A DNA stretch of 64,000 nt, filler included, from Globobulimina sp. (GCA_003354225.1; 9 parts of 9 records of this genome joined end to end with filler, not necessarily neighbours in it); one strand, 5' to 3'; counted from the whole stretch's first letter, positions 23,996 through 37,278 are shown. Numbers and translations: made by a program. The notes: generated by a model from the sequence alone, not told the origin.

Positions 23996-25381
23996 ATGAC
24001 TGAAAATACAAAAACATGCAAACAGAGCGTTGAGCTGGAAATACAAAACCAGACACAATCCAGTACGCAAAGTAATTTTCAACAATTACAAGATGATAAT
24101 AACATTAAGACAAAAGTACTTTGCATGTACTGTTTAATGGCAGTATGTCTAGGTTGTATTGAGCCTCTTGGCGCAGCATTATATGTTGAATTGCAAACTC
24201 AATTAAACGTACCAGAAGAAGCTATTGCATTTATCTTTACAACAAGATCCATAGCTTCTGTAATATCGGCAATTATTTCAGGAAAAGTGGTTGATTATTT
24301 TATCGAATCGCATCGTTATGTTGCTGTTATGACAATATTATTTATTGCATCTATCAGTTGTCTCCCATTTACGCAAAATATCCATATGTTACATGTCGAA
24401 TTTGCAGTCATAGGGTATGTATACAATGGCTATTTTGTTGTTATTTTTTTATATGTATTGAGATTATATTCCGACACAAAACGAGAAGTTGCTGGTCATC
24501 AATTGTATAAAATTTTGGTAACATATGGAATTGCAAAAACTATCTATCCATTATGTATTCAATTATCATTGCAATATACTAACAAATATACCTACCCGTT
24601 ATATTCAATGCTGATCATATTTGTAATATTATTTGTTTTATTATTGATATTTCATACCCCAAAGCATGACAAATTAAGAACTATTAAAGCTGAATTACAA
24701 AATACAAAACAGACTAGTTCTGATTGTCAAGATGTTACAGCTGCAGCTGAAAATATTTTGAAAACACTTAATTCTGACACTGGGATTCGTGCATATGAAA
24801 CAACAGTAATATTGATATTAAGTATCGTAGAATTTTGTTATTCTGCAATGCAAGAATATTACATCACTTTTGTTACTGTTTACTGTAAAAATTCTGGCAT
24901 TGGAGAACAATATGGGAGATATTTGATATCATGTTATTTTGCAGGACAATTGTTATATCGCATTGTGAATGCATTGTTTGAACAATGCGAAAAGATTGCG
25001 CCAAAATACCAAATGCTAATTTCATTAATTTTGGCGTCAAGCTTATCTTTTGTATTCTTGTTTGTTTATGATAATGTTATATGGATGTTGGTGGTTTGGT
25101 TTTGTTCAGGCTTTTTTGCTGCAGCTCTTCAGCCGGAAATTCAAATTTGGACAGAATTAATAAGGCCAGTCACTGGAACCGTAGAGATCTTATACTGTTT
25201 AACAAATTCTGCAGGTGAGGTAGTTGCTGCAGTTGGATTTGGTTTGTTGCTTCAACAATATTCAGTAGCAATACTACGATATTTTATATTTGCATTCTCT
25301 GTGAGCGGATTAGTATTTTTGGTAATTAATATTGCAATTTATTCATTGTACTTAAAATACAAAGAGAGACATTTAATTTAA
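23996..25381 (+). CDS. Major facilitator superfamily transporter (MFSD4/FucP-like)
   Basis: About 12 TM helices in two bundles with a central loop; SGKVVD motif-A-like sequence after TM2. Confidence 0.8.
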   Translation: MTENTKTCKQSVELEIQNQTQSSTQSNFQQLQDDNNIKTKVLCMYCLMAVCLGCIEPLGAALYVELQTQLNVPEEAIAFIFTTRSIASVISAIISGKVVDYFIESHRYVAVMTILFIASISCLPFTQNIHMLHVEFAVIGYVYNGYFVVIFLYVLRLYSDTKREVAGHQLYKILVTYGIAKTIYPLCIQLSLQYTNKYTYPLYSMLIIFVILFVLLLIFHTPKHDKLRTIKAELQNTKQTSSDCQDVTAAAENILKTLNSDTGIRAYETTVILILSIVEFCYSAMQEYYITFVTVYCKNSGIGEQYGRYLISCYFAGQLLYRIVNALFEQCEKIAPKYQMLISLILASSLSFVFLFVYDNVIWMLVVWFCSGFFAAALQPEIQIWTELIRPVTGTVEILYCLTNSAGEVVAAVGFGLLLQQYSVAILRYFIFAFSVSGLVFLVINIAIYSLYLKYKERHLI

Positions 25382-25665
25382 AGCTGCAAAAGATGATTGG
25401 TACTTTTTTTCCAAAGTTGTCAACCATCGCAGCGTGTTATTATATTAAGTGTTATTTCACTTCTTATGTGTATGTTGTATGTTGTATATTGTATACTCTT
25501 TTTTTTTACCATCATCAATCCCAAAAACATCTTTTAAGTGAACTAGTAATCCTTAGTTTTTTTGTAATGCGTTGTTCAAAGCATGCTGTTACGACTCTAG
25601 CAAACCACTCATCAAATAGATTCTCAACTGTTCAATTAAAGCAAAAACTTAAATCAACCGATATA

Positions 25666-27402
25666 ATGTCACAACACATCTCAAACACAAAAACACTGAA
25701 ATTTAAAATCCCAGCAAATGGTTTATTAGACTTTTCCGTCACATCCTCCCCCATTCAATTCAAAGTTAATCATATTCTCCTCAACAAACAACTTTATTAT
25801 ATCACAAAATGTCCCCATGCAGATGACACAGGGCAAAGACGCCGAAATCCACGGCTATCCATTGAAAAAACATAAAAACTACACCATCAATGAAGGAGGA
25901 GTTGGGATTTATTCCTGGAAAGGCTGCAAACTTGAAGTTTCTGGATTTTTCACTAAAAACACACAGCCGATTCTCATCAAAGACGATGATAAACAGACCC
26001 CGATTAAACATTATCTTATGGCACACTCAAAATTATACAAACTCCGTGCAAAATTATCCAAAATAAAAACAGATTTCAAATGTCTAAACTATAACGACTT
26101 AATCCAGGGCACTTGGTCTGATTTCGATATCCACCGTACATTCCTTGCGAACCTGGATATAATGGGTCCGCGTATGCTAATTTTAGGTCCAGTCAACACT
26201 GGAAAGTCGACCTTATGCAAATCCCTTATAAACTGGGCACAGCGCTTAAATGACGAACCCATTTATATCGACCTGGACTGTGGACAAAATTCTTTGTCCA
26301 TACCCGGTATGTACGTGGCAAGTGTCTCTGTTACGGACTTTTTCATACTTTTATATCTATAAAAAAAATAATTATAGGCACCATTGCTGGAGACATAGTG
26401 AATGATTATCATATTCCATGGAAATGTTACGAGAACAATGAATGTGTTGGCAATCCGTTTATTTATTATTTTGGTAACATATCGCCAACACATTACGAGG
26501 TATTATATAAACACTATGTCGCTGTGATAGCTATGACTATGAAAAAGAAAATGTTATCATTTGACAAACAACGCAGCAGCGGCTGCATTATTAATACCTG
26601 CGGTTTTATTGATGGTCCATTGGCATTGTCTGTGATTAAACACATTATCAAACATTTTTGTGTGAATTATATCATTGTTATGGAACATGCGGAGAAGGAT
26701 AAATTGTTAACGTTTTTGCATGGCGTTAACAAAGAGGTAAAACATAATATCCATATTTGTGATTTACCGGTTGCTAAATCCGTGAAACTCAGAGCGCAAA
26801 ATGAGAGATATATGGACAGGCAAAAAATGTGTAAGCAGTATTTTTTCGGAGATAAAATATTGAAAAACACTTGTTTTTCGGAGAATGAGGTGGATGGAGA
26901 TGATGAAAAAAAGCATGTGATGAATATGCATGAGTTTATAGACGAATATCAACCGTTTGAAAGGACATATTTGTTCAATGAGTTGACTGTGTATGAAGTG
27001 TTACGGATATTCAACCACGAGGACAGTTGTAGCAGTTCGTCATATTCGTCATCATCGGATAAGGAGAGTAATGAGAGAGGCAAAAAAAGCAAAATGAACA
27101 AAAAACGTGGTGGGAATAAGGCACATAAAGTCCTGGATGTTGCGTATAAATATTGTGATGGTTTAGGTGGAAATAATTTTAAAATTAAAAGTAAACGATT
27201 TGAGGAGAGTATGGCAGGGAATATTATTGCGGTGACTCATGCACAAAGTATTAAGGAGTTGTTGGTGAGTAATGTGGCTGGATTTATTTATATAAAAGAC
27301 ATTGATAAAGAAAAAAAAGAATTAACGGTGTTACAGTCGTGTGTTGGTCCATTACCTGGACTGTGTTTGTTTGGGAGAGTGAAATGGGATACAAATTGTT
27401 AA
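25666..27402 (+). CDS. CLP1: Clp1 polynucleotide 5'-kinase / pre-mRNA cleavage factor (3 exons)
   Basis: AEIHG, GIYSWKGCKLEVSG, GPVNTGKSTLCKSLINWA, DLDCGQNSLSIPGTI, SGCIINTCGFI, SNVAGFIYI. Introns 25765-25822 and 26307-26377. Confidence 0.9.
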
Positions 27403-27549
27403 ATGCTACACATATTTGTGTGTGTTGTAGTAAGTAAGGTTTTTTTTTAGTGTTTTCATCAGAATTTAAACTCACTTTTTTTCGACAATTCCACAATTTC
27501 GCCGTCAGCTTTCTGTACGCGGCTGATTTGTGATTTCGCATTTTAAAAA

Positions 27550-28772
27550 ATGAAATCGAATTTAAAACCTCATCCAATTCAATTATATCGAGATTCAGTT
27601 TTAGTAAAACAACAACAAACATTAAATGAATTAGATTTGCAATACGATGCGTACGTGAAAAGAATCAGAAATCAACAAAAAGAAATCAAGAAACAAATGA
27701 AGCTATTATTTTACAGAGAAATTACAGGCATTGACAGTGATATTGCAAATTTTAATATAAACATAAATAATAACAATCATACGATTGGGACGCACAATAA
27801 AAGCATTAAAATGGATATTTATGCAATTTCAAACAATATAAACAACCGCAAGCACCACACCAATAATAATCGCAATATACCTATTTTAGGCGCAGACAAC
27901 GCCCAAAATAAAAATAAAAACACAACAACGCCATCATCCAATACAAAACATAATAAAAATCCATGTTATCCATCATCAAAAAATAATTTAATGCATTCAG
28001 AAAATGCTCAGAATAATACTTTTAATATAAATCAGATAAACAGTATCAACAAACCCTTTTGCAATGGCATCATCCCTCCATTACCTTCACTGCCTCCCTT
28101 ACCACCCTTACCTCCCATATCTACCCTAAATAGCATCAAATCTCTACCGTCCATTCCCTCTCAGTTTTTAACGCAGAGTACAAACGGCCACAACGCGCAC
28201 CATCCGCAGCCACATTCCACTATGAACAAAATCATTAATTTACTGCTGAAATCCCAACAATCCCAACACCTACAAACGAATTCGCATAACAGCCCTAAAA
28301 ACACCACCGAATTAGACTCTATTTTAACTTTATTGGCCTTCAACAATATGCACCAAAATATGCAATCGCAAACTACTATGAATATGAATATGAATACTCC
28401 ACCAAATCCAAATGGAGCCACCGCAAACTCAAACGCCGCAAATTTAAATTTAAGCAGTTTGAATAAATCCATCTCAATGACGCCCATCACCACGCCGTCC
28501 ACCATCAGCATAAATAACCCCATTGGCCCTCACACGCAAAGCAACGGCAATAATTCCACCAATTCGTCGGATAACAACACCTCCGTCCCACCATTAATAG
28601 AAGTGGTAAATATGGAAAATGACAATCTTATTAAAAATGCAATAACGCAGGAACTGCACCAAACCGAGCAATACAAGCTGGAATGCGACAATATGCCCAT
28701 CATAATGAGCCACATCAATATCCCGCCCTTGCCCTCCATCAACGCCATGCATACGGCCAATAGCGTCGATGT
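27550..28772 (+). CDS. Partial N/P/S-rich low-complexity protein with N-terminal coiled coil
   Basis: Open frame to the contig end; PPLPSLPPLPPLPP and Asn-rich tracts. Confidence 0.6.
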
Positions 28773-28873
28773 NNNNNNNNNNNNNNNNNNNNNNNNNNNN
28801 NNNNNNNNNNNNNNNNTTAATTAATTAANNNNNNNNNNNNNNNNNNNNNNNNNNNNNNNNNNNNNNNNNNNNT

Positions 28874-31087
28874 CGAGCATGCAACATTGCACCTAACCCA
28901 TTAAAACGAAGATATGTTAGATCTGCGATCTTTGACAGTGATATGGAGCGCAATAAAACCACCAAATTGTATTGGATCCGAAACCCAGGCGATAGGAGAC
29001 CATTAGCGTACGTCCAAGGCATTGATACAGTCCCCGTCTCTGCAGCCACCATCAATATTAAATGCACCTCGGTCGTGGTCCCGGACACTGTCACGTCATT
29101 TCGTGATTTTGATGATATGAAATTTGATTTTAATCAAAAGCAATTAGATTCGAAGCCGCATCGCGCTGTCACCAAAACCAAGGCATACGTTGAGGACACG
29201 AGAACTGATCGTATGATCCAGAAATATTATCATAACCAGAATGTCCGGACCGATAAGAGGATGGCGAACGCCCTCGTACATCATCAGAACATCAATGCAG
29301 TATATAATGTTCGTATAGCATTTGGCAGAGTGTTCCTGAACGACCGTATTGCAGACCGTTTGGAGATCTATAAAGCAGACGATTTTGTCGCGTCATTAAG
29401 AGAAGCAGAGACCATTAAATCCAGAGATGAGACATTGCCATCGGTTTCGCCGCTCACAGTGATGCTTAAATCCTCCTCGTACTCGTATTATTATGCAGAT
29501 AAATCTTTTTATAACTCCTTGGACAGAATCGATGGTGACACACAAGGTATACTCACATACGTTAGCGAGCTACACGGCAATGTATCGAAAACGGGCGCTG
29601 GCTTCAATTACGTGGCGAAGGACCGACAGCTATTAGAATACATTGATAATGTCATCAATGAGCCGCTACCCATTTCCTACGATGTCAGATTTAATAACTA
29701 TCCGCTGAATATTACCATTGCTGATAATGTTGCCGTATACGGTGACGCTGACTATTACGCGCATGCTCCGGGCTGTAATTCATTTGCTTTCCCTGTGAAG
29801 AAAACTGGTGTCTTTTATGGATGCCGTAACAAAATCAAACGCATATTTAACATGACCGTGTTAGATAACATGGACACAGTGAATAGATATCAAGCACGCA
29901 CCATTGATTTAACATATATGTGGGATGTATTAGGGTACCATGTCACCGATCCGCTATGCCTAAAATTAACATTAATGAAATGCGATCCGATGAAGATAAA
30001 AGCTTGGTATTGCTCGACGAAACACTCGCTTTTACGTGGAAACGCATTGGATTTACATCACTTATCGCCGTATTTAAATCGTAAAGAAGTGGAACATATC
30101 CTGAAGAATGTGGCGCCGATCGAGACCGATATACATGTAATAAATTACGCGCATCCTCACCAAATGCATTCGTACCATGACACCTTCAAATTCCAGTTCA
30201 AAAACACTCCGCGTTATCTCCTGACTGGTGTTCCCAAAGCGGACTTAAATAATGAATCACATTTTTATGCCAATATTGCGTTGGGGTCCAATTCATTTGT
30301 TGTAGGAGGCACAGTGGTGCATATCACTGAGACCTGCAAAAAAGACATCATCGCGTTATCAACAATGCATACCCAGTTGGCGAAGAAATGTGTATTTTGC
30401 CCATCCTTTTTCTGCCTGAAACCAAACCAATGCGACTCGTATGTGACCAAAGTGGCTGAATTAAAGACGAAGATTGAAATGGACATGACCCGCGATGGTA
30501 AGAGCAATGATGCGATCACAGCGTCCCTCAATAAGATACATAGCGTCTCCATCCTGTCCAAATGTGGACACTTAACCTCGAAATGCAAAGGATGTGCCAC
30601 CGTAAGACCCCAATTAGAGGATGGATTTAAAGGCATTCCCGGCTTAGGAAATGCACCGAGCGAACACACATTAATCACATATTACCATTCCTTCGCGCTA
30701 TCTCGTATTAAGGACCTTACTGTCAACGGAATCCCCGTCGTCTGGGACGAAATGAGCACAATGAACCAATTGGGACTTACATTTAACAGAGAGATCGCTG
30801 ACAAATTCCACCATAACGATGTTGGCAATCTCATGTTCCACAAAGTATTGACCATATCCAACGGCGACTTGTTAATAAATGAGAATGCGTTGGAAGCCCT
30901 TATCATGAAACAAAAAGAAGGAGTCACCATACGTACACGCACCAAAGTGGTGAAAAAATATGCCATTACATCGGACAATGAGTCGCTTAATGACAACGAC
31001 GATGACGCACAATCTGTCACCACCAACAACAGCAACACAAATAACAAAAACAATCACGATGACTATGATTTTATTGCCGAGATCTGA
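28874..31087 (+). CDS. Retrotransposon ORF1-like protein (5'-open; RRM-like segment and degenerate zinc knuckles)
   Basis: Frame is open from the contig edge. ALDLHHLSPYLNRKEVEHILKNV (RRM-like), CVFCPSFFCLKPNQC and SKCGHLTSKC lie upstream of APE-RT. Confidence 0.65.
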   Translation, partial: RACNIAPNPLKRRYVRSAIFDSDMERNKTTKLYWIRNPGDRRPLAYVQGIDTVPVSAATINIKCTSVVVPDTVTSFRDFDDMKFDFNQKQLDSKPHRAVTKTKAYVEDTRTDRMIQKYYHNQNVRTDKRMANALVHHQNINAVYNVRIAFGRVFLNDRIADRLEIYKADDFVASLREAETIKSRDETLPSVSPLTVMLKSSSYSYYYADKSFYNSLDRIDGDTQGILTYVSELHGNVSKTGAGFNYVAKDRQLLEYIDNVINEPLPISYDVRFNNYPLNITIADNVAVYGDADYYAHAPGCNSFAFPVKKTGVFYGCRNKIKRIFNMTVLDNMDTVNRYQARTIDLTYMWDVLGYHVTDPLCLKLTLMKCDPMKIKAWYCSTKHSLLRGNALDLHHLSPYLNRKEVEHILKNVAPIETDIHVINYAHPHQMHSYHDTFKFQFKNTPRYLLTGVPKADLNNESHFYANIALGSNSFVVGGTVVHITETCKKDIIALSTMHTQLAKKCVFCPSFFCLKPNQCDSYVTKVAELKTKIEMDMTRDGKSNDAITASLNKIHSVSILSKCGHLTSKCKGCATVRPQLEDGFKGIPGLGNAPSEHTLITYYHSFALSRIKDLTVNGIPVVWDEMSTMNQLGLTFNREIADKFHHNDVGNLMFHKVLTISNGDLLINENALEALIMKQKEGVTIRTRTKVVKKYAITSDNESLNDNDDDAQSVTTNNSNTNNKNNHDDYDFIAEI

Positions 31088-31092
31088 TCGCC

Positions 31093-34000
31093 GTGTTCGC
31101 TCCGACTAATAATGGCTGTGTCAGCCCAATCGTCATAAAACTGCCTAAAATCTCTCCGCACCCACTATCTACCTTTGTTTTTTCACCTGATTTATCCGTA
31201 TTGCTTGCAAATAAAACCATTCCTCACCAACTTAGCTCTCTTTTTTCTATATTATTTTTATTAAATTCTCCTTATTTTTTCTCAAAACACTTACCTTTAT
31301 TCCTCTTTTTTTGTTTTCATTTTGTTATAAATGCGCTCATCGAACTGTACAATGAAACCAATTTTGAGTTTGTCCAAATTGCTGCCATTGATACACTGAG
31401 CGATTCGCCTTATTTTAAATTAAAAACAGCACCAAATCTTGCTATCATTTCTCGTAAAATTGATTATATACAAATATGCTATACACAAATGCGATTTTGC
31501 TCGGTCTTTGAAATAATGCACGATGACGTAAAAATGAGTCACCGCGTTGACCCAAATTTACACACAAATACTTTGCCATTGAAACACAAACAAATCAGTC
31601 ATAATCATATGCGATTTCGCTCCAAACACGATATGATGCAAAATAACCGATATTACATCGGAAATAAAACTAATTACTCCGTGCATAATTACTTCAATCA
31701 TTATAGAAATATCATTAAAACGGAATGCGTGACGGGTTATATGATTAGCACCAAAAAACATAAACATACGCGACGGCTCTATAAATTCATTGAGCGGTAT
31801 CAACATAGACTACGCAAATTATACCGCTATATCAAGATCATAATGGATAAATCCCTGCGTTGGGTGACTTTACGTATGCCACAACATCGATATCATCCCA
31901 TTAAATCCTTCATCATTCGGAAATTCCCATCGTATATTCACATTCGGTTTAAAAAGGTACCGTACAATAAGGAGACTATGGAGCAAACTGTTTACAAACA
32001 GCTCCATGCTTTCAACAAGAGTGCTGCGAAAATACTGACTTTATATGACTTTGTAGTGAAAAACAGTTATGTTGAAAATGATCCAGTTCTACAACAGTCT
32101 GCCACCAACAACAAATATCACATAAAATGGTTTGTCCCCACAGACAAAAAGGTCCATGAAATAAAAAATCACTGGCAATCAACGCATAATAGTCTAAACT
32201 TAAATATTCACTCCCTACACCGAGATAATTGGATAAATAACCAAAAAAACAACGCTATAATTTCACTCAACCAAATTTACAAAAAAGCCGTACACAACTC
32301 CCGCACCAAAAACACACAACTAAGAGAATATAAAAACTATATGGTCAGCAAAGTTATCCAAGAACACTTGAACAATGAGCAACATTCAGATGCAGATCTG
32401 CCTGAAATAATCCGTAAATATCCATTCATGCAGATATATGCCCCAGACATTGAACCAATATCCTCCACGCAAATCAAACTAAAAAACCTAAAAATTGGCT
32501 TTCTAAATATCAACGGCAGTGCCAAAACCAAAATAAACCAAATGCACCCTTATATGCAGCAATTGGTTATGCATCATAAACTAGACATCATCCTTTTGAT
32601 TGACACTCGCAGCGTCCACAGACCTTCATGGAAACTGCCTGGTTATAAGTTATTGGTCCACAAAGCACCAATCACCACCAATAACCCACGGAACGTTGGC
32701 GGTATCCTCATCTATTACAAATATACCATGACAAATAAGATGAAACTAATCCAAAAAACGAGAGGCCACAATACTGCCTGGATCTCGGTACATGTCGCCA
32801 ACCAAAATAAACCTTCATACATTGCCATAAACTATGCCCGAACGTATAAACCAAAATTAAGCCTTCGTAGCCACCAGTTCTACACCTCCCTGACGGAGGA
32901 TATCAATAAATTCAAGAAAGAATGCCACAGTATGTACGTGATCGGGGACTTCAACGCCAGAATGGGACCAATGACCATGGACCATAACACAAACAGCCAC
33001 TATAGATACATGAAAATGATGCTCGATCAAACCAACCTTAAAATTGCCAATCCCCAGTTTGCACCCAAGTTCCTAACCTGCTTAGCCAAAGGAAACAATA
33101 ACAATGGTGGCTCCATAATCGATTATGTAATCACTGACAAATTGAACACCATCAACTCAATGGCTGTGGACACCCACCCTGTCTTTATGGACCATCGGCC
33201 GGTGGTCTTTACCCTAAATAACATCAAATGTGAGACTGCAGCCATAGATAAACACTTAGTTCTACGTGCATATAAGCCCAACGATGAACTAATAAAAATA
33301 CGCGAAAAAATCCTGAATAATGCCACAAAACACCTCCGCAAATTCTCAAAATCCGTGGAACAGTTCACCACGAAAAAAGAGCACAAATATATTTCGCATA
33401 TCACCTCACTCACTGCTGCATACATCCTGCACCTGAGCACCATAAAAGCATTTGGTTTGTCTGATTATAATGCAGCCAACAGGTGGTCCAACATAACACG
33501 AAAACAAGTAACACTAAATATCAAACAGAGAATGCTATTAAACACAGATAACAACACAGATGAAGGGAAACAACTGATACAGCATGCCAATGAAGAATAC
33601 ATACTGAACAAACAAAACATACTGACACAAAATACCATAAAATTCAACAACTTGGATCATTCTGGCAAGCTAAAAGCATTTAAAACGCACAACAAAAACA
33701 AAGAATTCATACTGGATGAGCCATATCTCCATTATAATGGCAGGATAGTGGACAAAAATGTGGCGCTCTCCCAATTCTTCTGCGAAATAAACGGGCCGAT
33801 AAATGACCCCATAAATAACCCCAAAATAGCAGCCATTAATGATTTCAAAGATAAACTGTGTGAACATGGGCCGAATGACCTCACTTTCATTCCAAACAAA
33901 CCAAATGATGATGTACAGGATACCGCGGCACATAGCACGCCTTTGCACAGCAACTCGCCCAAAATAAGCTATGTAATGGAAGATGACAATGACCCCATTC

Positions 34001-35982
34001 CATACTATGACCCGAATTATGTGCCACCAACCCAACCCATAATGGATGAACTTTACCAACTTGAACATGGACGGCACCATGATGTAACTGACAGTGATAA
34101 TGACGTCATTGATGATATGAAGCTGCAAACACCTGGAATGCTTCCGGCACGCTCCCTAATAGATGCTGAGGAGGAGAAGCAAGGCAGTGAGCAAACATTG
34201 AGACCACTAGACACTGCCAAAAAGTCCAAATATAAATCCATTGAACTAAGCATCTCCTATGCGAACCAAAACAGCGCTCCCGGATATGATGGAATAAAGG
34301 CAATCCATCTCAAAACAAATGCCTCCCAAATAAATGAATTAATTTGCATTCTGTTCAACGTTTGGAATAAGACATTCCATATACCATATTACTGGCGGCT
34401 CGGCTCCATAATTCCCATTCTCAAAACAAAAACAGGTAACACACCGAACCAGTATAGACCCATAACTCTCCTGCCAATAATTTTCAAAGCGTACGAACGT
34501 TTGATACTGTGGGAGATGAGCATTGCGCATAAGTTTCGAAATAATCTGCATATCCTACAAGGTGGCAACCGCTCACGCCGAGGTGTTCCGGAGCAAATAG
34601 GTGCCATTAACTTGATCGCGGAGACAGCCAAAATGAGAGAGATACCACTGTATTGCGCCCTACTTGACATACGAAAAGCGTTCGACACTGTATGGCGTAA
34701 AGGACTGCTTTATAAGTTGCACAAACAATTCAATATACCACTTAACATTTGCAAAACCATTAAAGCGATATATGACAATTCCCATTCAGCCATCCGTGAC
34801 CTCCCATTCATTTCCAACAAATTCCTTCTCCATAACGGTGTTCTGCAGGGCTCGGTACTATCACCAGTACTGTATGCTGCATTTCTTAATGACGTTATAA
34901 CCGAACTGCAACAATCAAACTGTGGAGCCGCATCGCCAGATCCTGACAACCCCATTGCCTGTACCATGTATGCCGATGACATCATTTTAACAGCCAATAA
35001 AATATCACACCTAAATGTGCTACTAAAAATCTGCCAGAACCATAGTAATAAATGGAAATATAAATTCAACCATAATAAATGCAAAACGATAATATATAAT
35101 GATAATTCCATAAACAAAAACAACATAAACACATATAACACAGATGATATCCTGCTAATTGAGCACGAATACCATAACGATGCGGATATAAACAATAATA
35201 AGCCTGCCCCAATGATATTGATACAAAAACCGATAAACAAACATATAATGGCAATTAATATACATAACAAAACACAGCGATATCACATAGATGAAATTCC
35301 TAAAAAGCACTTGAAACGCTTTCAGGATCACAGCGAATTCCATGGCGACATCACCAATAAGCCCTATCCAATAATGTGGGAAAACATAAGATATGACAGA
35401 CACTATGCGCCATCAGTAATGCATTTAAAGCTAAGTTTGTACGGAAAGCGGTTACACTGCACAACATTTATTAGATATCTTGGTGCAATGCTGTGCAGCT
35501 ACGATAACACAAATCTGGTGTCGACTGTATCCACGAACGCTGTCTTTCTCAAAAAACTTGATACTAAAGCTCACGTTTTATCTACCTTGGATTTTAATCA
35601 CGTTTTTGTCTCTCTGGCAGACAAGTTCCGGATCCTGAAAACGTTCTATTTAGTTTATACCGAGATATTTGCGCAAATCCTTGACTGTGATCAAATCAAT
35701 CTACAAGCAGCGACAGACAAACAATTACAAACAATACGAACGCAAACGAGGATAAAAACGTTCGTTCCCGAACAATTGTACCTATGGGCCGGTATCCCTA
35801 CACCTTACGAAAGATGGATTTCCCTCAAACTCGCATTCTACTGGAAACTCCTGAAAGGTGATGAGATTTCGTTAATGCATAAATGGGCCAGATTGCCTCA
35901 CATCCACCACCATAAATTATATAAACAGTACATTGCTCTGAAAGATGAATGGCTCCCGAAAGAGCAACAAACAACTAACAAT
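31093..35982 (+). CDS. Retrotransposon ORF2: N-terminal extension + APE endonuclease + reverse transcriptase (3'-truncated)
   Basis: APE: IGFLNING, GGILIY, GDFNA, SIIDYVI, MDHRPV (~32488-33210). RT: APGYDG, YRPITLL, DIRKAFDTV, GVLQGSVLSP, YADD (34969-34980), RYLG. First in-frame ATG at 31489. Confidence 0.92.
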
Positions 35983-36082
35983 NNNNNNNNNNNNNNNNNN
36001 NNNNNNNNNNNNNNNNNNNNNNNNNNTTAATTAATTAANNNNNNNNNNNNNNNNNNNNNNNNNNNNNNNNNNNNNNNNNNNN

Positions 36083-37223
36083 ATAACTTTGGATAAATAT
36101 TTGTAACATTTTATAATGATGAATAGCAAAATAAATGACAGCAATATTAAACAAAACATCCGGGATCAATAAAAATAGAAACAAATCAATATATGGGTTT
36201 ACCACAAATAATACGCATTCAATATACATCACCGCATAGAATACAATCATATAACTGGCTGGGAATAACGCATATATTTTAAAAAGGGGTTTTAAGCGCA
36301 ACAATGCCTTTGTAACAGCTACATTATTCACAATCAATTTCAGTTCATCACATAAATTACAATTAAATAAACAATTTGAATATTTGTCATATAACTCTTG
36401 AAATATCAATATTTGCTCATTATTCTGTTTGTATATATTAATATTGTTTATGCGATCAATGAGACTCATATTTAATATGCGATGTGATACATTTAATATT
36501 AATTGCTGATTCTTATCGACATCATTTGATGGATTTAATGACTTGAATCTATCTAAAATAAAGTATGAAATGTCAGCTTAATTCCATCTGATTTGAATTA
36601 CAATTACCAATTAATTTATTAATTGTATTGCTGCTTCGATTGACCATATATATTAATCCTAAAATTAAAAGGATTGGATATAAAATAGATAATAGAAAAA
36701 AACCACAAACGCGTACTAGTATTCCTGCCACGGTATTCCTGCCACGGTTAAGCATACAAAAATAAAATGCTGCACATAATGTAATAAAACCGTTTAAAAT
36801 AAGTATGTAATAAAACACCATTTTATAATATATTAATATTGAAAGAAAAAAAGACCACCAAATTACGAGCAAAAAAAATATAAGTAACCAATACCACATT
36901 TTTCTGCGTTTTGATGTCCTTGATTTCCATAAGCGAAATGCTTTTAGCATATCAGAAAAATTTATATAATTACATTGTAACATTAATATATTACCAGTTA
37001 CAGTAGTTGTTACATTATTATTTGTAGTTTTGGTTATTGTAATATGTGTTGAAGATGGTATAAATATTCGATTTAAATACATCCTTTTTATTTCTGCCTT
37101 TTCACAACGACCCAAAATGGTGTTAAATTTCCATGGACCATATGATTTAGGCGTTGGATATCCATATGAAAAGTACATCGCATGTGAAGACATGATTACT
37201 GTCACTTTTATTTTCTGTGGCAT
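36083..37223 (-). CDS. Multi-TM hypothetical membrane protein (2 visible exons, 3'-truncated)
   Basis: Three TM helices in the first ORF; a short GT-AG intron near 36555-36607 joins NKLI to DRFKSLN..MSLIDR, followed by more TM helices. Confidence 0.55.
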
Positions 37224-37278
37224 AAAAACTGTGTCCAAAATGAAACCTGGGTTCAGTTTGTCATAATTTGCATTGATA

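Larger units (their letters stand above)
28873..35982 (+). mobile_element. Large non-LTR (LINE-like, APE-type) retrotransposon filling the whole contig; both ends missing
   Basis: Two long, uninterrupted, intronless ORFs with higher GC than host genes; ORF2 carries APE and RT motifs. Confidence 0.92.

Noticed and set aside
28970-28996. 2A-like ribosomal skipping peptide in ORF1 (WIRNPGD)
   Set aside because: Lacks the DxExNPGP consensus.
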